Counted from the first letter of the stretch, positions 19,244 to 34,410 are shown. The stretch: DNA of 64,000 bases from Octopus vulgaris (GCA_951406725.2 OX597821.1:15810001-15874000), one strand, 5' to 3'. Made by a program: numbers and translations. The notes: generated from the sequence alone by a model not told the origin.

Positions 19244-19637
19244 ACTAGCAGTATCGCCCGGCGTTGCTCGGGTTTGTTTCGACCCTTTAGGATTGGAATT
19301 TTGAAAAGTAAAAATTTTGTATTATGTAGCTTGTTATTTTCCTTAAGTGAACATTTTTCTGGTTGAAATACACCCAAAAATTTTGACACAGCAGTCAAAA
19401 AAATCGTAAAAAAATATAGATGTTCATAGACAAAAAGCACCTTTTTGATGTAGATAATTTTTGGTGTTTAAATGGTCCCATTTGAATTTTTTCTTCTACG
19501 GAAGGAAGAGCAAGCCTTCTATCATATTCTCAATTTTGGTCAACTTGTGCCACAGTGTCTCGGAGGAGATAGTGTTATTTGAAGGCTACCAAACCTGCCA
19601 TACACAGACAACTTCAGCTTTATATAGAGAGAGATAT
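19244..19637 (+). mobile_element. Non-autonomous Helitron/Helentron-like element
   Basis: Starts actagc..gcccggcgttgctcggg (5' hairpin) and ends acacagacaacttcagctttatatag...gat, an architecture resembling Lep1/DINE-type elements. Confidence 0.55.
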
Positions 19638-19924
19638 ATGTATATACGGTCAACACAGACACTGCATGCATCTGTTTTGTACGCATAAATGCTCGTGTGT
19701 GTGTGTGACTGAAGCCATTCACACATACATACATACATAACAATACCTGTCTGTCTGTTTTTGTCAGTCAATCACTCACTAAATAAAAAATTAATCTGTA
19801 ATCTCTCTCTCTCCCTCCCTCTCTTTACACCATCGCTAGAAGGGGACTTAACTCATGTTTTGTAAATAATAATGGCGTCACTACAGTGGATTTGTCCGCC
19901 GTGAAAATTGAAGTTATGCCTCAA

Positions 19925-20110
19925 AATTATTTACAGCTATCCGCGGGTGCCTCGCGGGAAAATAATTTGACGAAAATACAGCTAGGACCGTGACGAATGT
20001 CCTCCTAAAATTTGAGCGGCATGCGTGCTAATTTGTGGATGTGCATAAACTACAAGCACGTACACACACACACACACACACACATCCTGCCTTATATTAT
20101 ATATACAGAT
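19925..20110 (+). mobile_element. Probable Helitron-like 3' fragment
   Basis: ccgcgggtgcctcgcgg hairpin, aaatttgagcggc, (CA)n, then ccttatattatatatacagat end. Confidence 0.4.
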
Positions 20111-20206
20111 ATATTGACACAGGTATTACGTCAATGAAATTGTTCTCTTTAAAACAGCATTCGTGATCTACAAATGTGTGGAAGAATTCGAAGATATAAT
20201 CTTTTC

Positions 20207-20425
20207 GTCTTTTATTCTTTTACTTGTTTCAGTCATTTGACTGGGGCCATGCTGGAGCACCAACTGAAATGGATTTATTCGAAGAAAATTACCCTGGAAC
20301 TTATTCTGTGTAAGGCTAGTTCTTATTTTATCGGTCTAGTTTGTCTAACCGCTAGATTACAGAGACATGAATACACCACCATAGATTGTAAAGGCAGGGC
20401 GCCAAATACACACATACAGACACAT
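20207..20425 (-). mobile_element. 3' half of SINE family A
   Basis: ttacttgtttcagtcatttgactggggccatgctggagcacc is the reverse complement of about 25607-25646. Confidence 0.8.
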
Positions 20426-20436
20426 TTATATATACT

Positions 20437-20471
<35 letters not shown>

Positions 20472-20482
20472 AGCTAGCTAGC

Positions 20483-20533
<51 letters not shown>

Positions 20534-20560
20534 ATAAATAGATAGATAGATAGATAGATA

Positions 20561-20712
20561 GAAGACCCCGCATACGCACTTATACTCTCTCACACACATA
20601 CACACACACCTATACATACCAATACGTACTAATACATACTAATACATACTAATACGTACACCAACCCCATACATACGCACGTCCAGACCAATCTTACGCA
20701 CTAATACTCTCT

Positions 20713-20749
<37 letters not shown>

Positions 20750-21118
20750 ATACATACTAATACATACACCAACCCTATACATACACACATCCAGACCCCT
20801 CCCACGCACTTTTAGCTGGTCCCTCAACCCTTTTATCAACCCTATTATCTCCCCTTATTTCGCTCTCGCGTCTCATGTTTGATCTTTGACCTCTGGCCGA
20901 AATCAGATCGCCATGTTGATTCGTTAGCTACTGCACGCATTTTTTTCTCTCCTTCTTTCTGTGTTTTTCTCTCTCTGTGTATCTTTCTGTTGAAGAGCGT
21001 AGGCTCGAAACGTTAAAGACTTGTTTTATTTATATTTCCTGAGCGCCATACTAATACAATTGTTCGTTTGTTTTCCACCTGCCTTCGTCTTTTGTTTATT
21101 TTCATAAAGCTTCCCGTT
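20561..21118 (+). mobile_element. Penelope-like pLTR / non-autonomous repeat (family H2) within a (GATA)n tract
   Basis: (GATA)n on both sides, an internal duplication at about 20575-20800, and a hammerhead-like motif. Confidence 0.55.
20982..21019 (+). ncRNA. Minimal type-I hammerhead ribozyme-like motif
   Basis: TCTTT|CTGTTGA|A|GAGC-GTAG-GCTC|GAAA|CG|TT|AAAGA: 5-bp stem I, 4-bp stem II, palindromic AACGTT stem III. Confidence 0.55.
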
Positions 21119-21592
21119 AGATAGATAGATAGATAGATAGATTGATAGATAGATAGATAGACAATAATATTGATATATGCACCCGAAAATCATGTCATGT
21201 GGTTTTCATATTTGCTTGAAACACTTTCATTTCAGTTAGTTATGAACCGAATGAGATTACGACTGTAAAGACGATGTAAAAATATTTTAATATTACTAAT
21301 TATAATAGACAAAATAAAGTGTTAGTTTTCTTGAAACCATCACGTACATTACAGGTAATTATATACTGGGCTATATAATATCGAAAATAAAATGAACTGT
21401 ACTCTTATTTTAAGAGGTAAATATAGTAAACGTGAAATTACTTCACCTCTTGCATGGCATATGAATTATCAGCCATCTCTTTAATATTGTACGTAACGCA
21501 CACACACACGTACATACACACACACACACACATACATACATACACACACACACATACATACATACACACACACACACACATACATACACACA

Positions 21593-21666
<74 letters not shown>

Positions 21667-22218
21667 AGAGGGGATCGATAAATGTTTAAAAGGAGCACAT
21701 TTGTGAACAACAACTACCAGAATGGAAAAATAGAAAACAAAAAAATTCTATTCATAGAATATTTCCAAGGTGTCCTTATTGTACTTAACCAAGGCATTAA
21801 GAATAAAAATAAATATCAGAATATGAATGATATAAAAACGAATGAGCGAATACACGTAAAAAATTATATATATTAATGAAATATCCTACAATGTAGTTGA
21901 ACATTGCCTAGGGACCAAATTTAATGAATAAACAAATAAGAAAATACAGCTATACATATCCTCTCATCTGTGTACTTTTAATAATAATGGTTATAGAAGA
22001 AGCATAAATATGAAAGACTGGATGAAAGATTTGTAAAGAGTGGGAAAGGGTTTGTTGAAGAAAGAAAGCAACGAACGCAGATGGTAAAAGACTGAAAGAA
22101 ATACACATATAGCCACATGCACAAATGTAAACCAATACTTTGAAGACGGAAAACGATTTTCGAAATATGGTTATCCGGTACGACGGGAACGACAACACTC
22201 AAGAAAATTATAATATAC

Positions 22219-22854
22219 TAGTGGGAGTGAACCCGGAAGCATGTGGCTGTGAGTAAGTTTCTTACCACTCAGTCGCCGCTGTGACCATGAGTGTATATTT
22301 AAAGAATAGAGGGGGAAGAGCCAACGGCATAGAGTACTAAAGAATTAGGAGAGTTTACAAGTCATAACATTTTCCTTTGTTAACCATTCGATTTCCTGTA
22401 CACATTCTGAGTACTCTTGAAAATAAGTCAACTATTTTTTTGCAAAGAATAAAGAATACACCAATTATCAATATTATTTGTTCTTACTCACAAACACAAC
22501 TCGAATATTGAAAGCCAATCGGTATTAAAATAAATTAATTTGATTTAGTTACCCGCAAAAACAAAAAAGTTATTTGATAGCATAACTGATGATTGAACTT
22601 TAACGTCGTTTGCCATGATTAGAGTTGCCTCCTGATTCGCATCTGTCCAAAAATAGTTGACTTATTTTGAAGAGTGCATAAAAGGTGTACGGGAAATCGA
22701 ACGGTTAATAAAGGAAAGTGTTATGACTAGTAAATTCTCCTAATGCCGTGGGGATTTCCCCTCTATTGTTTAAATATGTACTCAAAGTCACAGGAGCGAC
22801 TCAGTGGTAAGAAATTTCTTTAGCGGCCACAAGCTTTCCGCTTCAGCCCCACTA
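22219..22854. repeat. Long inverted repeat with arms 22219-22439 and 22649-22854
   Basis: For example aaaataagtcaactattttt vs aaaaatagttgacttatttt, and cttaccactcagtcgc vs gcgactcagtggtaag. Confidence 0.85.
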
Positions 22855-23065
22855 AGTGGCACCTTGGCAACTGCCAGCCACTATAATCTGTTACATATGT
22901 ATCAGTATGTATGTGTGTGTGGGGAGGGGAAGGTAGGGTATATTTATATTTATCTCCCTCCATCGCTTGACATCGTTTGTCCACGTAACCTAGCAGTTCG
23001 GCAAAAGAAAGCTATAGACTAAATATTAAGCCTAAGAAAATAATTCCTAGGGTAGATTTGTTCAG
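22790..23065 (+). mobile_element. Degenerate SINE family A
   Basis: cagtggtaag..cccactaagtggcaccttggcaa..catcgcttgaca..cgtaacctagcagttcggcaaaag. Confidence 0.7.
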
Positions 23066-25244
23066 TGTGAATATGTGAAACGTAGGATCTGTATTGGAAA
23101 ATGTTTATAATTCTTTATGCGCGTTTCCTACGTACCCATGTATTTTGTAGAGAAATATCCAAACGTACCTCTTTTTCTTATCAAAGAATGCCTTTATGGC
23201 AATATAAAGGAATGCCAGTATAAAGGAATGCGGTCTCCATTGATGTTATATTTTCTGAATAAAACGGTTCTTTTCTAAATTCATTTGTCAAGAACAAGTG
23301 TAAAATAGAAAATGTATTACTATTTACAGAGGTGAGTTAATAGACAAACTGCATGTGGAGAGACTGTCTATTATATCTCGGTTAAATATGTCGCACATGA
23401 TTAAAAACAATATTATATAATCCAGATAAGAACGCTAATGTCAAGAGACAAAGACTAAGAAATACATTAGTGTACGCGCTTTACCCAAGATATTCCTTAG
23501 GCTCTCCTTGAAGAATTATAGCAATTCAATTTTCAGTTATGAGCATAATATTATAACAGTGTTTATTTTCTAAAATACAGAAATGGGCATGAATGTTTCA
23601 AAATATCGATCCGTCAAGATATTAACGATTCTAATATTTATTTTTTCTTATTCTGTTCTGAGCATAATGCCTAAAATACCATAAATTCATATACGCCATC
23701 TTGTATTTCTTTTAAAAATCTACAATTGATAAAAGAGGTCTTTGAAATTGACTTTTATCTTTAATACAAAATTTTTAATATATATTATGCATTTATTTCT
23801 GTACGATTGCTCAATGAAATTTTTCAAAATATATAAAACATAATTATAAGAAGAAGTATATTCCCCCATTAGAAATTTCAAAACTCAAAACAACAACGGC
23901 AGAATATTTCTAAAACTTGTCCTTTAATACAAATCAATAAATCATATATATTGATAATAATTTTGTGAATCATAAATATTTGAATAATTCAATATATTTA
24001 TGAATTAGTTTTCTTCATTACTCTATTTGATATACACCCTAAATATTATTGCAATATATGATATGCATGCGATGGATTACTTCTTACAATGATGATGAAA
24101 TTATCCCTGATGAAAAAATACCCTGCTTATCTATGTATGCATCTTTGCGTGTGAGTGTATGTATGTGTGTCTCTATGTGCACATCTGCATGTATTTGTAT
24201 AGATACATACACGCACACACACACACATATATATATGCGTGTATGTATCAATATATTTATGTATGCAACTGTACTATTTCTGCATGCATGCAAACGCATA
24301 TTTGTTTACGGAAAATGTATATGATAATTTTATTAAGAATGCATTTAATAAATATTCATATAAAAGCATTTAAACAAACAAGTTTTATTCATTGTGTTTA
24401 TTGGTCCATTGCTTTTGATGAAATCATTTTAATATTTCCTCATGAGAACGTTTGCATCAAATGGCTTTCTAATCGTGTACAGATTTCAATATGGCAGCCA
24501 ACTAGACGTCAGTGATTTAGCGTCGACACGCCAAGTTAATTCCAATACATGTTTGACAAGCCACCCATAAAAAGAAACTTATTTGAAAAGAAATATCGTA
24601 AGCTAAAATATAATTAGAAACAAATAGGAAAATAAATCTAAATGCGCATGCATAGAAAATATAAGCGTTAAGACAGTGCATTGATAGAAGACGGCAAAAG
24701 CGATATACAAGGAAGTTAAAATAGATATAGAGATAGTAACATGAAAATGGTTTAAATTGATGAATCGATTGAACCAAATGAAAGGAATTTACCAATAAAA
24801 TGTTATAAAGAATTTACGTCAAATTTTGGATATATGATTATGTAATATTGTAAAGCCAAGGTGTAGTATTGCTCCATGTTCAAAATATAGTTTTGATCGA
24901 GTATTGAATAATAAAATCATGCATATCTCTGTGTGTGTGTCTGTGTGTTAGTGCCTGCGTGTGATCGTGTGCGTGTGTGCATGTGTGTGTTAGTATGTGT
25001 TGTCGTGTACGTATATACGTATCTATATGTATATGTGGGAAATATCTATATGTACGTGAATATCTGTATATATACCTGTCTATGTGAATAAGTTCATGCT
25101 TTATAAGAATTTGTGAACAAAATGACGTTACAAAGAAAGTAGGGATGTCTTCGTAGGTAATAAATGAGACCAACTACCGGATGAAATGATGAATTCCGTC
25201 GGAATTCAACGTTTAAATGTGAAGAGAAAGAAATATTGACAGTA

Positions 25245-25670
25245 GGCGCAGGAGTGGCTGTGTGGTAAGTAGCTTGCTAACCAACCACATGGTTCCGGGT
25301 TCAGTCCCACTGCGTGGCATCTTGGGCAAGTGTCTTCTGCTATAGCCCCGGGCCGACTAATGCCTTGTGAGTGGATTTGGTAGACGGAAACTGAAAGAAG
25401 CCTGTCGTATATATGTATACATATATATATGTATGTGTGTGTGTTTGTGTTTGTTCTCCTAGCATTGCTTGACAACCGATGCTGATGTGTTTACGTCCCC
25501 GTAACTTAGCGGTTCGGCAAAAAAAGAAAAGAAAAAGAGACCGATAGAATAAGTACTGGGCTTACAAAAAGAATAGGTCCCGGGGTCGAGTTGCTCGACT
25601 AAAGGCGGTGCTCCAGCATGGTGCAGTCAAATGACTGAAACAAGTAAAAGAGTAAAGAGTAAAGAGAGTA
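25245..25670 (+). mobile_element. Full-length, well-preserved SINE family A
   Basis: A box gtggctgtgtgg, B box gggttcagtccc, cttgggcaagt segment, internal (TA)/(TG)n, and an (aaagagt)n tail. Confidence 0.95.
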
Positions 25671-25774
25671 TTTCACTTGTTAAATCGCAACGATCCGATC
25701 TTTCAACATTTACCGTAGACCCTACCACTTGTAGATAATCTTCCCACATTCACTCAAAGTCCCTGTACGCAAAT

Positions 25775-26215
25775 ATACAACAATACAGACGGACTACAGC
25801 AAATATTCTGCTGAATGCCACAGATTTACTTGTCAGTTGATTCAGCCTAATCAGTTGAGCATGTCTTTGGTGGCTCACAATATGTGCATCTCTGATCACA
25901 AGTAGAAGTAGTGGTGGAACATCATAACCTCTGGAAACATGGTTGTTATGTTCACCATCCTTGAACAAATCTTAATCTGGGACGATTTAAGCGGGGATGG
26001 ACTACTCAACCTGAAAAAAACTTCTAACTGGGCCCCACCTGCAAGGTCATGCGTTGTTTATCTTGATATGCGATCGCCTTGTCGCGTATATATGGTTGTA
26101 ATTCATGTGCATGGTATACCCTTATCAGACGGATAAGCATGATGGGTATATTTGGCCTCGTATAATTGTAACCCAGTGTCACTTGGATGGGATGCACCTG
26201 CTCTCTCACTCAATA
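25775..26215 (+). mobile_element. Interspersed repeat family D (probable LINE 3' region, AAT tail)
   Basis: Reverse-complement homolog of 26325-26785; a further fragment lies at 40781-40920. Confidence 0.75.
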
Positions 26216-26262
26216 ATAGTAATATTGGTGTTACTGTTGTTGCACTGGTTGTTGTTGTTGTT

Positions 26263-26315
<53 letters not shown>

Positions 26316-26324
26316 CAACATTAT

Positions 26325-26785
26325 TATTGAGTGAAAGTGTAATGCATGCCAACAAAGTGACACTGTGATAAAATATAGGAAGACCAATATACTCATCATG
26401 ACTACCTATATGATAAGAGTACACCAGGTACATGCATCACAATCATATGTGCGCGGCATGGTGATCTCATATCAAGACAAACAGCACATGACCTTGCATG
26501 TAGGTCCCAGTTAAGGTTTGCTTCAGGTCGAGTAGGCCATCCTACAGAAAAGGTCCATGAATAAGATGTGTTTTGATGATAATGAACAAAACATCTATGG
26601 ACTCTTGTCATCACGTGGCTATGATGCTTCCCCGTTACTTCTGTTCGTGATCAGAGATGCACATATTGTCAGCACCCAAGGGAAAGCTCAAATTGTTAAT
26701 GTCGAAATACTCTTAAGCAAATCTATGGTTTTGGGCAGAATATTTGCTGTAGTTCATCTTTTTATGCGAGGACAAAACAATGTAC
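26325..26785 (-). mobile_element. Interspersed repeat family D, inverted copy
   Basis: gtgatcagagatgcacatattgt vs acaatatgtgcatctctgatcac; catgaccttgca vs tgcaaggtcatg. Confidence 0.75.
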
Positions 26786-26903
26786 AAATATGGCACTTCC
26801 AATGCGAGGAGCAGAAGCAATGAGAGCCACTGTTTGATACCCCATCAATACACATATCATTATTATTATTATTATTATTATTACTATTATTATTATCATC
26901 ATC

Positions 26904-27578
26904 ATTGCCTTTGCACAGCTTCTAACTCTGGAGATGTACTACAGTGTCAGCTGTTCACTACCAGTAAACTAAGGTATTTTTCAAGCATCTTCTGGAGTAT
27001 TCGAGCGGTTCCAAGCAGTGCTGTTTTTTGCAAGTGCTCCACCCTTATTGCAGCCCCTATTTGTTCCACGTACTTCTCGAGATGTTTGCTCATTGTTCCC
27101 AGGGCACCGACAATTATTAGTACTACTGCTACCTTTTTCATCAATCACAACTGCTTAACTTCCCAAGCTAACCTGTCATATCTTTCAAGTTTTCTTTCTT
27201 CCTTATCGCATACCTTATTGTCGGCTGGACATGCTATATCTATGATCCAACATAGTATTTGTTTTCTTTCTCAATTAAGGCTATGTCCGACTTCATATTC
27301 TCTCATGGTCGCACTTAATCAAAAAATCCCATAGTATCTTTGCATTTCTCTTTTCGACGATGCCTTCAGGTATGTAGTCGTACCAATTTTTTGCTCTGTC
27401 AAGTCCATACTTGTTGCAGAGTGCCCAATGTACAAGCCTGGCTATATTGTCATGGTGTCTCTTATATTCCTTCTCATTTAGTGGTGTACATTGGCTGGTA
27501 ATATGCCATAGAGTTTCACCGTTTTGTCCACAGATTCTGTACTTATCACTGTCTGCTGTGCTGTGTTGTCTATATTTT
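26904..27578 (-). pseudogene. 5'-truncated R4/Dong-type (RLE) non-LTR retrotransposon: zinc knuckle, restriction-like endonuclease and 3' UTR
   Basis: YRICGQNGETLWHITSQC...YKRHHDNIARLVHWALC...KILWDF...IIVGALGTMSKHLEKYVEQIG...LQKTALLGTARILQK. Flanked by (TTA)n and (TTG)n. Confidence 0.9.
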
Positions 27579-27681
27579 GTTATTGTTATTATTATTGTTG
27601 TTGTTACTATTGTTGTTATTATTATTGTTGTTATTATTATTTTTGTTATTATTATTATTGTTGTTGTTGTTGTTATTTTTA

Positions 27682-27895
27682 AGGCGGTGAGCTGGCACAA
27701 TCATTAGCACGCCGGGCTAAATGCTTCGTGGTATTTTGTCCGTCCTCACGTTCTGAATTCAAATTCCTTCGAGATCGACTTTACCGTGTATCTCTCCGAG
27801 GTCGAGGAATGACGTACCAGTTGAGTTCTGAGGTGGATGCAGTTATCTTACCCACTTGCTCGAAATTGCTGGCCTTGTGCCAATACTTGAAACCA
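27682..27895 (+). mobile_element. SINE family B
   Basis: ggcggtgagctggca..attagcacgccggg..aattcaaattcc..tcgacttt matches the reverse complement of 34180-34410. Confidence 0.8.
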
Positions 27896-29396
27896 ATAGT
27901 TTTGGTATCATTAAAAAAATACCAGACCCGTATTTATGTTGATTAAATCTAATCATTATAACCGTCATTTAGTTTTCTTGGACCAGGGTTAACTATTAGT
28001 ATTAACTATGATTCTATTAATAATTTCATCCACGTTCAGATTTGAAATTTTCTCATGTTCAAAATTTTCTTTCCGTCCGTGTATTGGAATACGATTAATT
28101 CAACTATATTATTCCGCTATACGTTGATAACCTTATGCTAATCAAAGAAATTATGAATGTTGCTACTATTATTTCTTGTATAATATTAGACTTGAAGGTG
28201 ACACTAAAGGTTATCTATGAATTGTAACTATGAGTTTGATAATTGCATTTGAACATGCGATAATGGTTGACTTGGCATTGTAATGTAGCGAAAAGGAATG
28301 CATTTAATTTTAAAGCTAGGAATAGAAACAAAAGCTATTAATGTGGAAAAATAAAATAGAAATCAAAGCAGGAAATAACTTTTATTTGTCGAAATGTGTT
28401 ACAACTCGTTCAACAAGAGAATAGCAATATTGATAAAATTATTTGCTACTTAACAATGTTTTTTTCTGAAGCAGTTACAGCTGGTATTTACCATGTTGTT
28501 ATTGCGGCGATGTTGGTGAGTTGTTATTCTCTAGTTGTATTTCTTATAAATTATTTATTTCTCATTTTATTTTTCGCTTTAATCTACATTATTTCTCTTT
28601 ATGTTTTTTTCAACTGTCATATAATGGGAAAAGAAAAGCAGAGAACTCACCAAGTAGAACGAAGAGGCATATCGAATATATGACTATTTGGTACTAAGTA
28701 AAACAACGTTTGGTGATTACCTATCACTTAAAATATGTACTTTATACCAAACATCTTGTCTAGATGATAAGGTATCAGCAGTTCTTTAGAAGAGATGCGT
28801 AAAATTTTCAACAAAACTTCCTTTTTTTCAATACCACAGATAAAATAGATTATATGTGATATTAAAAATAAAATATTATTTTAGAAAACATTGAATGTTA
28901 TTGTTAACGACTTACTGAAATAATGAATTTTGTATAGGTTTCATATGTACACCAGCCAGCTGTGAAACATTTCTTTTGTAATGGGAAACGAGCACATAAA
29001 AACTGAATACTTTTATGTATATATGAGGAAAACAGATAAGCAGATACACAGATTAATACAAGTAGATAAATGAAAAAAAGAAAGAGAGAGAAAAATAGCA
29101 TTACGTACAGAGTTTTTAGCGATTTCTTTTGTTTTAATTTGTACAAAGAATATATTCATTGTCTTACAAATCAAACATTGGGATTTTCCTTTTCATAACG
29201 AAAGAACAAGCTTTAAAATATATAACCTGCCTACAAACAGCAAAATGTCATGCATGGTTATTTTCCCAAAGGGCTGCAAATTGAAAGCAACATTAACACA
29301 CGTAGTTAGTCTCTCCTGCGCAGGAAAGGGATATGTTTCACTCTAAAGAACGTGCTTTTGCAATGCAGGGATAAGAAATATACGCAAAATGCATGA

Positions 29397-29468
29397 TGTC
29401 CAAAATGCGATGCGCACAATCCTCATCTATATTGTCCAAAATGCGATGCGCAGAATCCTCATCTATAT
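29397..29468. repeat. 36-bp direct tandem duplication
   Basis: tgtccaaaatgcgatgcgca(c/g)aatcctcatctatat twice, with 1 mismatch. Confidence 0.9.
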
Positions 29469-30986
29469 ACAAACACTAAAGAAGTTTTTATTTAATGGAC
29501 ATGGAGAATATCACCAGTATCACAAGGAATTGTCCTAAAATGTACACAAAAGCCACAATATAATGTCTATGAAACATTATATTGTGGCTATAATACAGTA
29601 GGTAATGAAATTCATAGAATGTATAATCTTCAAGAGAAAAATATAAGTAGCCACAGTAATATGGAGGTTATAAACGCATATACTTTTGAAGAATATAATT
29701 GAAATATCAAGACGTTGATAAAATGCAAGCAGAAGAGACTAGACAAAATGAGATGCGACAAAGAAAATAGAAACATAAGCTGAAATCAGTTAACCAGGAG
29801 ATATCAACAGAATGTTAAAGGTTAGTGGAAAGGAAATCGTCTTTAAAGGAACTCATAAGAAATCTGCAGTTATTCCATCCGGAATATAATTCTAGATTTC
29901 TAATCATAATTATTAGAACACTTAGTTACGTGACTGAGTACCCATAGTGAGAAACAGATAACAAAAGAAGCCGGAACGCGCCTAATCAGGTGATAATAGT
30001 ACAAGCTGTGAATTGTACTGTTAAAATTTGTGAAACATTCACATACTAATTTATGTTTATACACAAATATATGCTCACGCTCACACACACACACACACCA
30101 CAAACATACACGCAAACACAGGCACGTACACACACATATAATAACATCAGACAAGGTAGTATATCCCCACGAGCAGTGTTTCGTAAGGTATTTATGTCAG
30201 TATGGAAACTATGAAATACTAATAGAAGGATGGTTTGAAACGGATGTTCTTAATTGCTACAAAGTTTATTGATCATCGCTCCACCAATCAGTCAATCTCA
30301 TGTTCGATCTATAATATATTCTGAATTAACAATAGAACAAGAGTTGATATAAACATGTACCAGAATGGAAATGATAAAATGCTCAATCTGCATTATATAC
30401 GAATCCACAAAACAAGAGTAGTTGAAAAATAATCGATTAAACATCTTAGTCGATATATTCGGTGGATTGGATACAGAGATAAACAGAATGTGCGAGAAGT
30501 ATATCAGAATGAATCCATGTAATAACAGACGCCTAGGGCTACATGGCAAAAAATCATTGAGGGAAATATATAATCGAAATTATACTACTTAGTCATATAA
30601 ACAGGATACTAAATAATAAATATTAGGTACTGAATACATGTTGCTGACTAAATATATACTAACAATAACAGAAAACAAAAGTCAAGGCTACTGAAAAGGT
30701 TGCAAGACGCAAAGAAAATTTTAGGAAAATAAAAAAAAAAAATCAGTGGAAACTTTACCGATGAGTGTGTTAAATTATAAGTCACAGAAAGAAAATGACT
30801 CTCCCCAGACATAACAGAATATGCTTCAACACACGAATTCTCAAAAAGAATCTTGCAAATCAAGTCCGAAAACGAAATAAGAAAAATACAAAACATATCA
30901 AAATATTGGATGTACAAAACATGCAGAGATTTGCGCTCAGTACTAGACTGCTCTCACGTAGTAAACTAAACATGAAATAAACTATT

Positions 30987-31024
<38 letters not shown>

Positions 31025-32365
31025 CAACAACAACAACAACACAACGAACAGTAACAACAGCAGTAAAACAAAAGACCTGGTACGACAAGTAGAATCTTTG
31101 AATAGATCAAAGTCCAAAATATGCACAAAAAGGAGCGCGGTGACCTTTGTAATATTCACAATATTAAAAAATGACACAATAATCTGCCAGGGGCAACGAT
31201 CATACTATACAGCTATCTAAGAAGAGAAATATAATGAGAAAGTGCAAATTAAAGTTAGAAGACAAATTTGGTGCAGTAAGGGAAAAGACATCCCCGTTCT
31301 TTAAAGATGACAGCGTGTTTGTTACAAATTCTCCAAATTCGATAGGTATATTGGAAAGAACAGCATCGAAGTAGAAGTACCCTCGGAACATGACGCTAGA
31401 ATCATTTTCGTCTACGAGCAGACGAAAAGGAGCACAAGTGTGATACCCTATGGATTAAGGGGAAAAGAACACACTGAGCCTATCAAGAAGCAAATAGAGG
31501 AAGAGATGAATTTAGAAAATAGAAGACTCACATTGAAAAGTCGCCAACTGAAGTCACCTAGTATATATGAGATCCTGAATTAGCGGCTTAGTGTCTAAGA
31601 AACTTACATAATAAAAAAAACTTTTTGCTAAAACGCAAATATGAAGGAGCCACAAACGATCCCAGACTTGACTAAATGGTGTCACATTTTTGCTATCCCA
31701 AAATGATGAAACAAAATATATTAAGAACTACACTCTCATAATCTTTTAAATATATTTTGATTGAATGCACATAGTATTTTCTCAACTAAAATATCCTCTT
31801 TGATGAACAAAAAGGATGTGAACATGGATCTTATGGAAGCAAGGTTCAGCATTGAATTAACAGAATGATGTTTGACGATTGTCACAAGAGGAAAAAGTAT
31901 CTTTCAGTGGCCTCGATAGACCACAAGTTGGCCTTTTGTAGACTTCCTTAGCTGGAGAAAGATTTTTGGAGATGTTCAAAATTCCACCAATAATGAGGGA
32001 TTTTGTATTACACACCATAAGAACACGGCATTGATTCTCAACAGTGACACAAGAAACATAAGCGCTGGACAACTTCATATTATCTGTAGAATCTGTCAAG
32101 CAGTTTCATTACCTCCTTTGTTGATCTGCTTGGCACTGTTTGCTCTAAGTAAACTAGATGAAATACATTAGGCATACTAAGTCAATGGAAAAGCTGTTAA
32201 TAATCTCCTCTATCTGGATGACTTCAAACTGTTCGCAAACTGTGATTAACAACGCAATCACTCTGATACAGAGTCAAACACATTGGCGATTACATCCAAA
32301 ATGGATCGAGTTTGAAAAATGCATCAAGGCTATAATTACCAAGGAAAAACTATGAGATACATATA

Positions 32366-33977
<1,612 letters not shown>

Positions 33978-34179
33978 TAAAATCAACTTAGATAGAGAAC
34001 TCAGATAAGTTATAAGTATCAACAGCCATGTGAAGATGTGATTAAACACTTAATAATGAGAGAAAGATAAGGAATGTGAACTGCCGAAGATTAGGAGCTA
34101 TTCTGAGACCCGGGATATATTCCAGAATTAAAATCGATGCCTAAATGTATTGGCTATCACATATAACCTGAATAATATA

Positions 34180-34410
34180 TATTTCTTTACTACCCACCAG
34201 GGGCTAAACACATAGGAGACAAACAAGGACAGACAAAGGGATTAAGTCAATTACATCGACCCCAGTGCATAACTGGTACTTAATTTATCGACCCCGGAAG
34301 GATGAAAGGCAAAGTCGACCTCGGCGGAATTTGAACTTGGAACGTAACGACAGACGAAATACGGTAACGTATTTCGCCCGGCGTGCTAACGTTTCTGCCA
34401 GCTCGTCGCC
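34180..34410 (-). mobile_element. Full-length SINE family B with 16-bp TSD
   Basis: TSD taacctgaataatata (34164-34179) and taacctcaataatata (34411-34426). Minus-strand head ggcgacgagctggcagaaacgttagc. Confidence 0.93.

Noticed and set aside
25190-25207. gaattccgtcggaattc palindrome after atgatga
   Set aside because: No GAAA or stem I; it is a short palindrome only.
25245-25315. tRNA gene
   Set aside because: A/B boxes are present but continue into a SINE body without a proper cloverleaf. The same applies to the SINE B and C heads.
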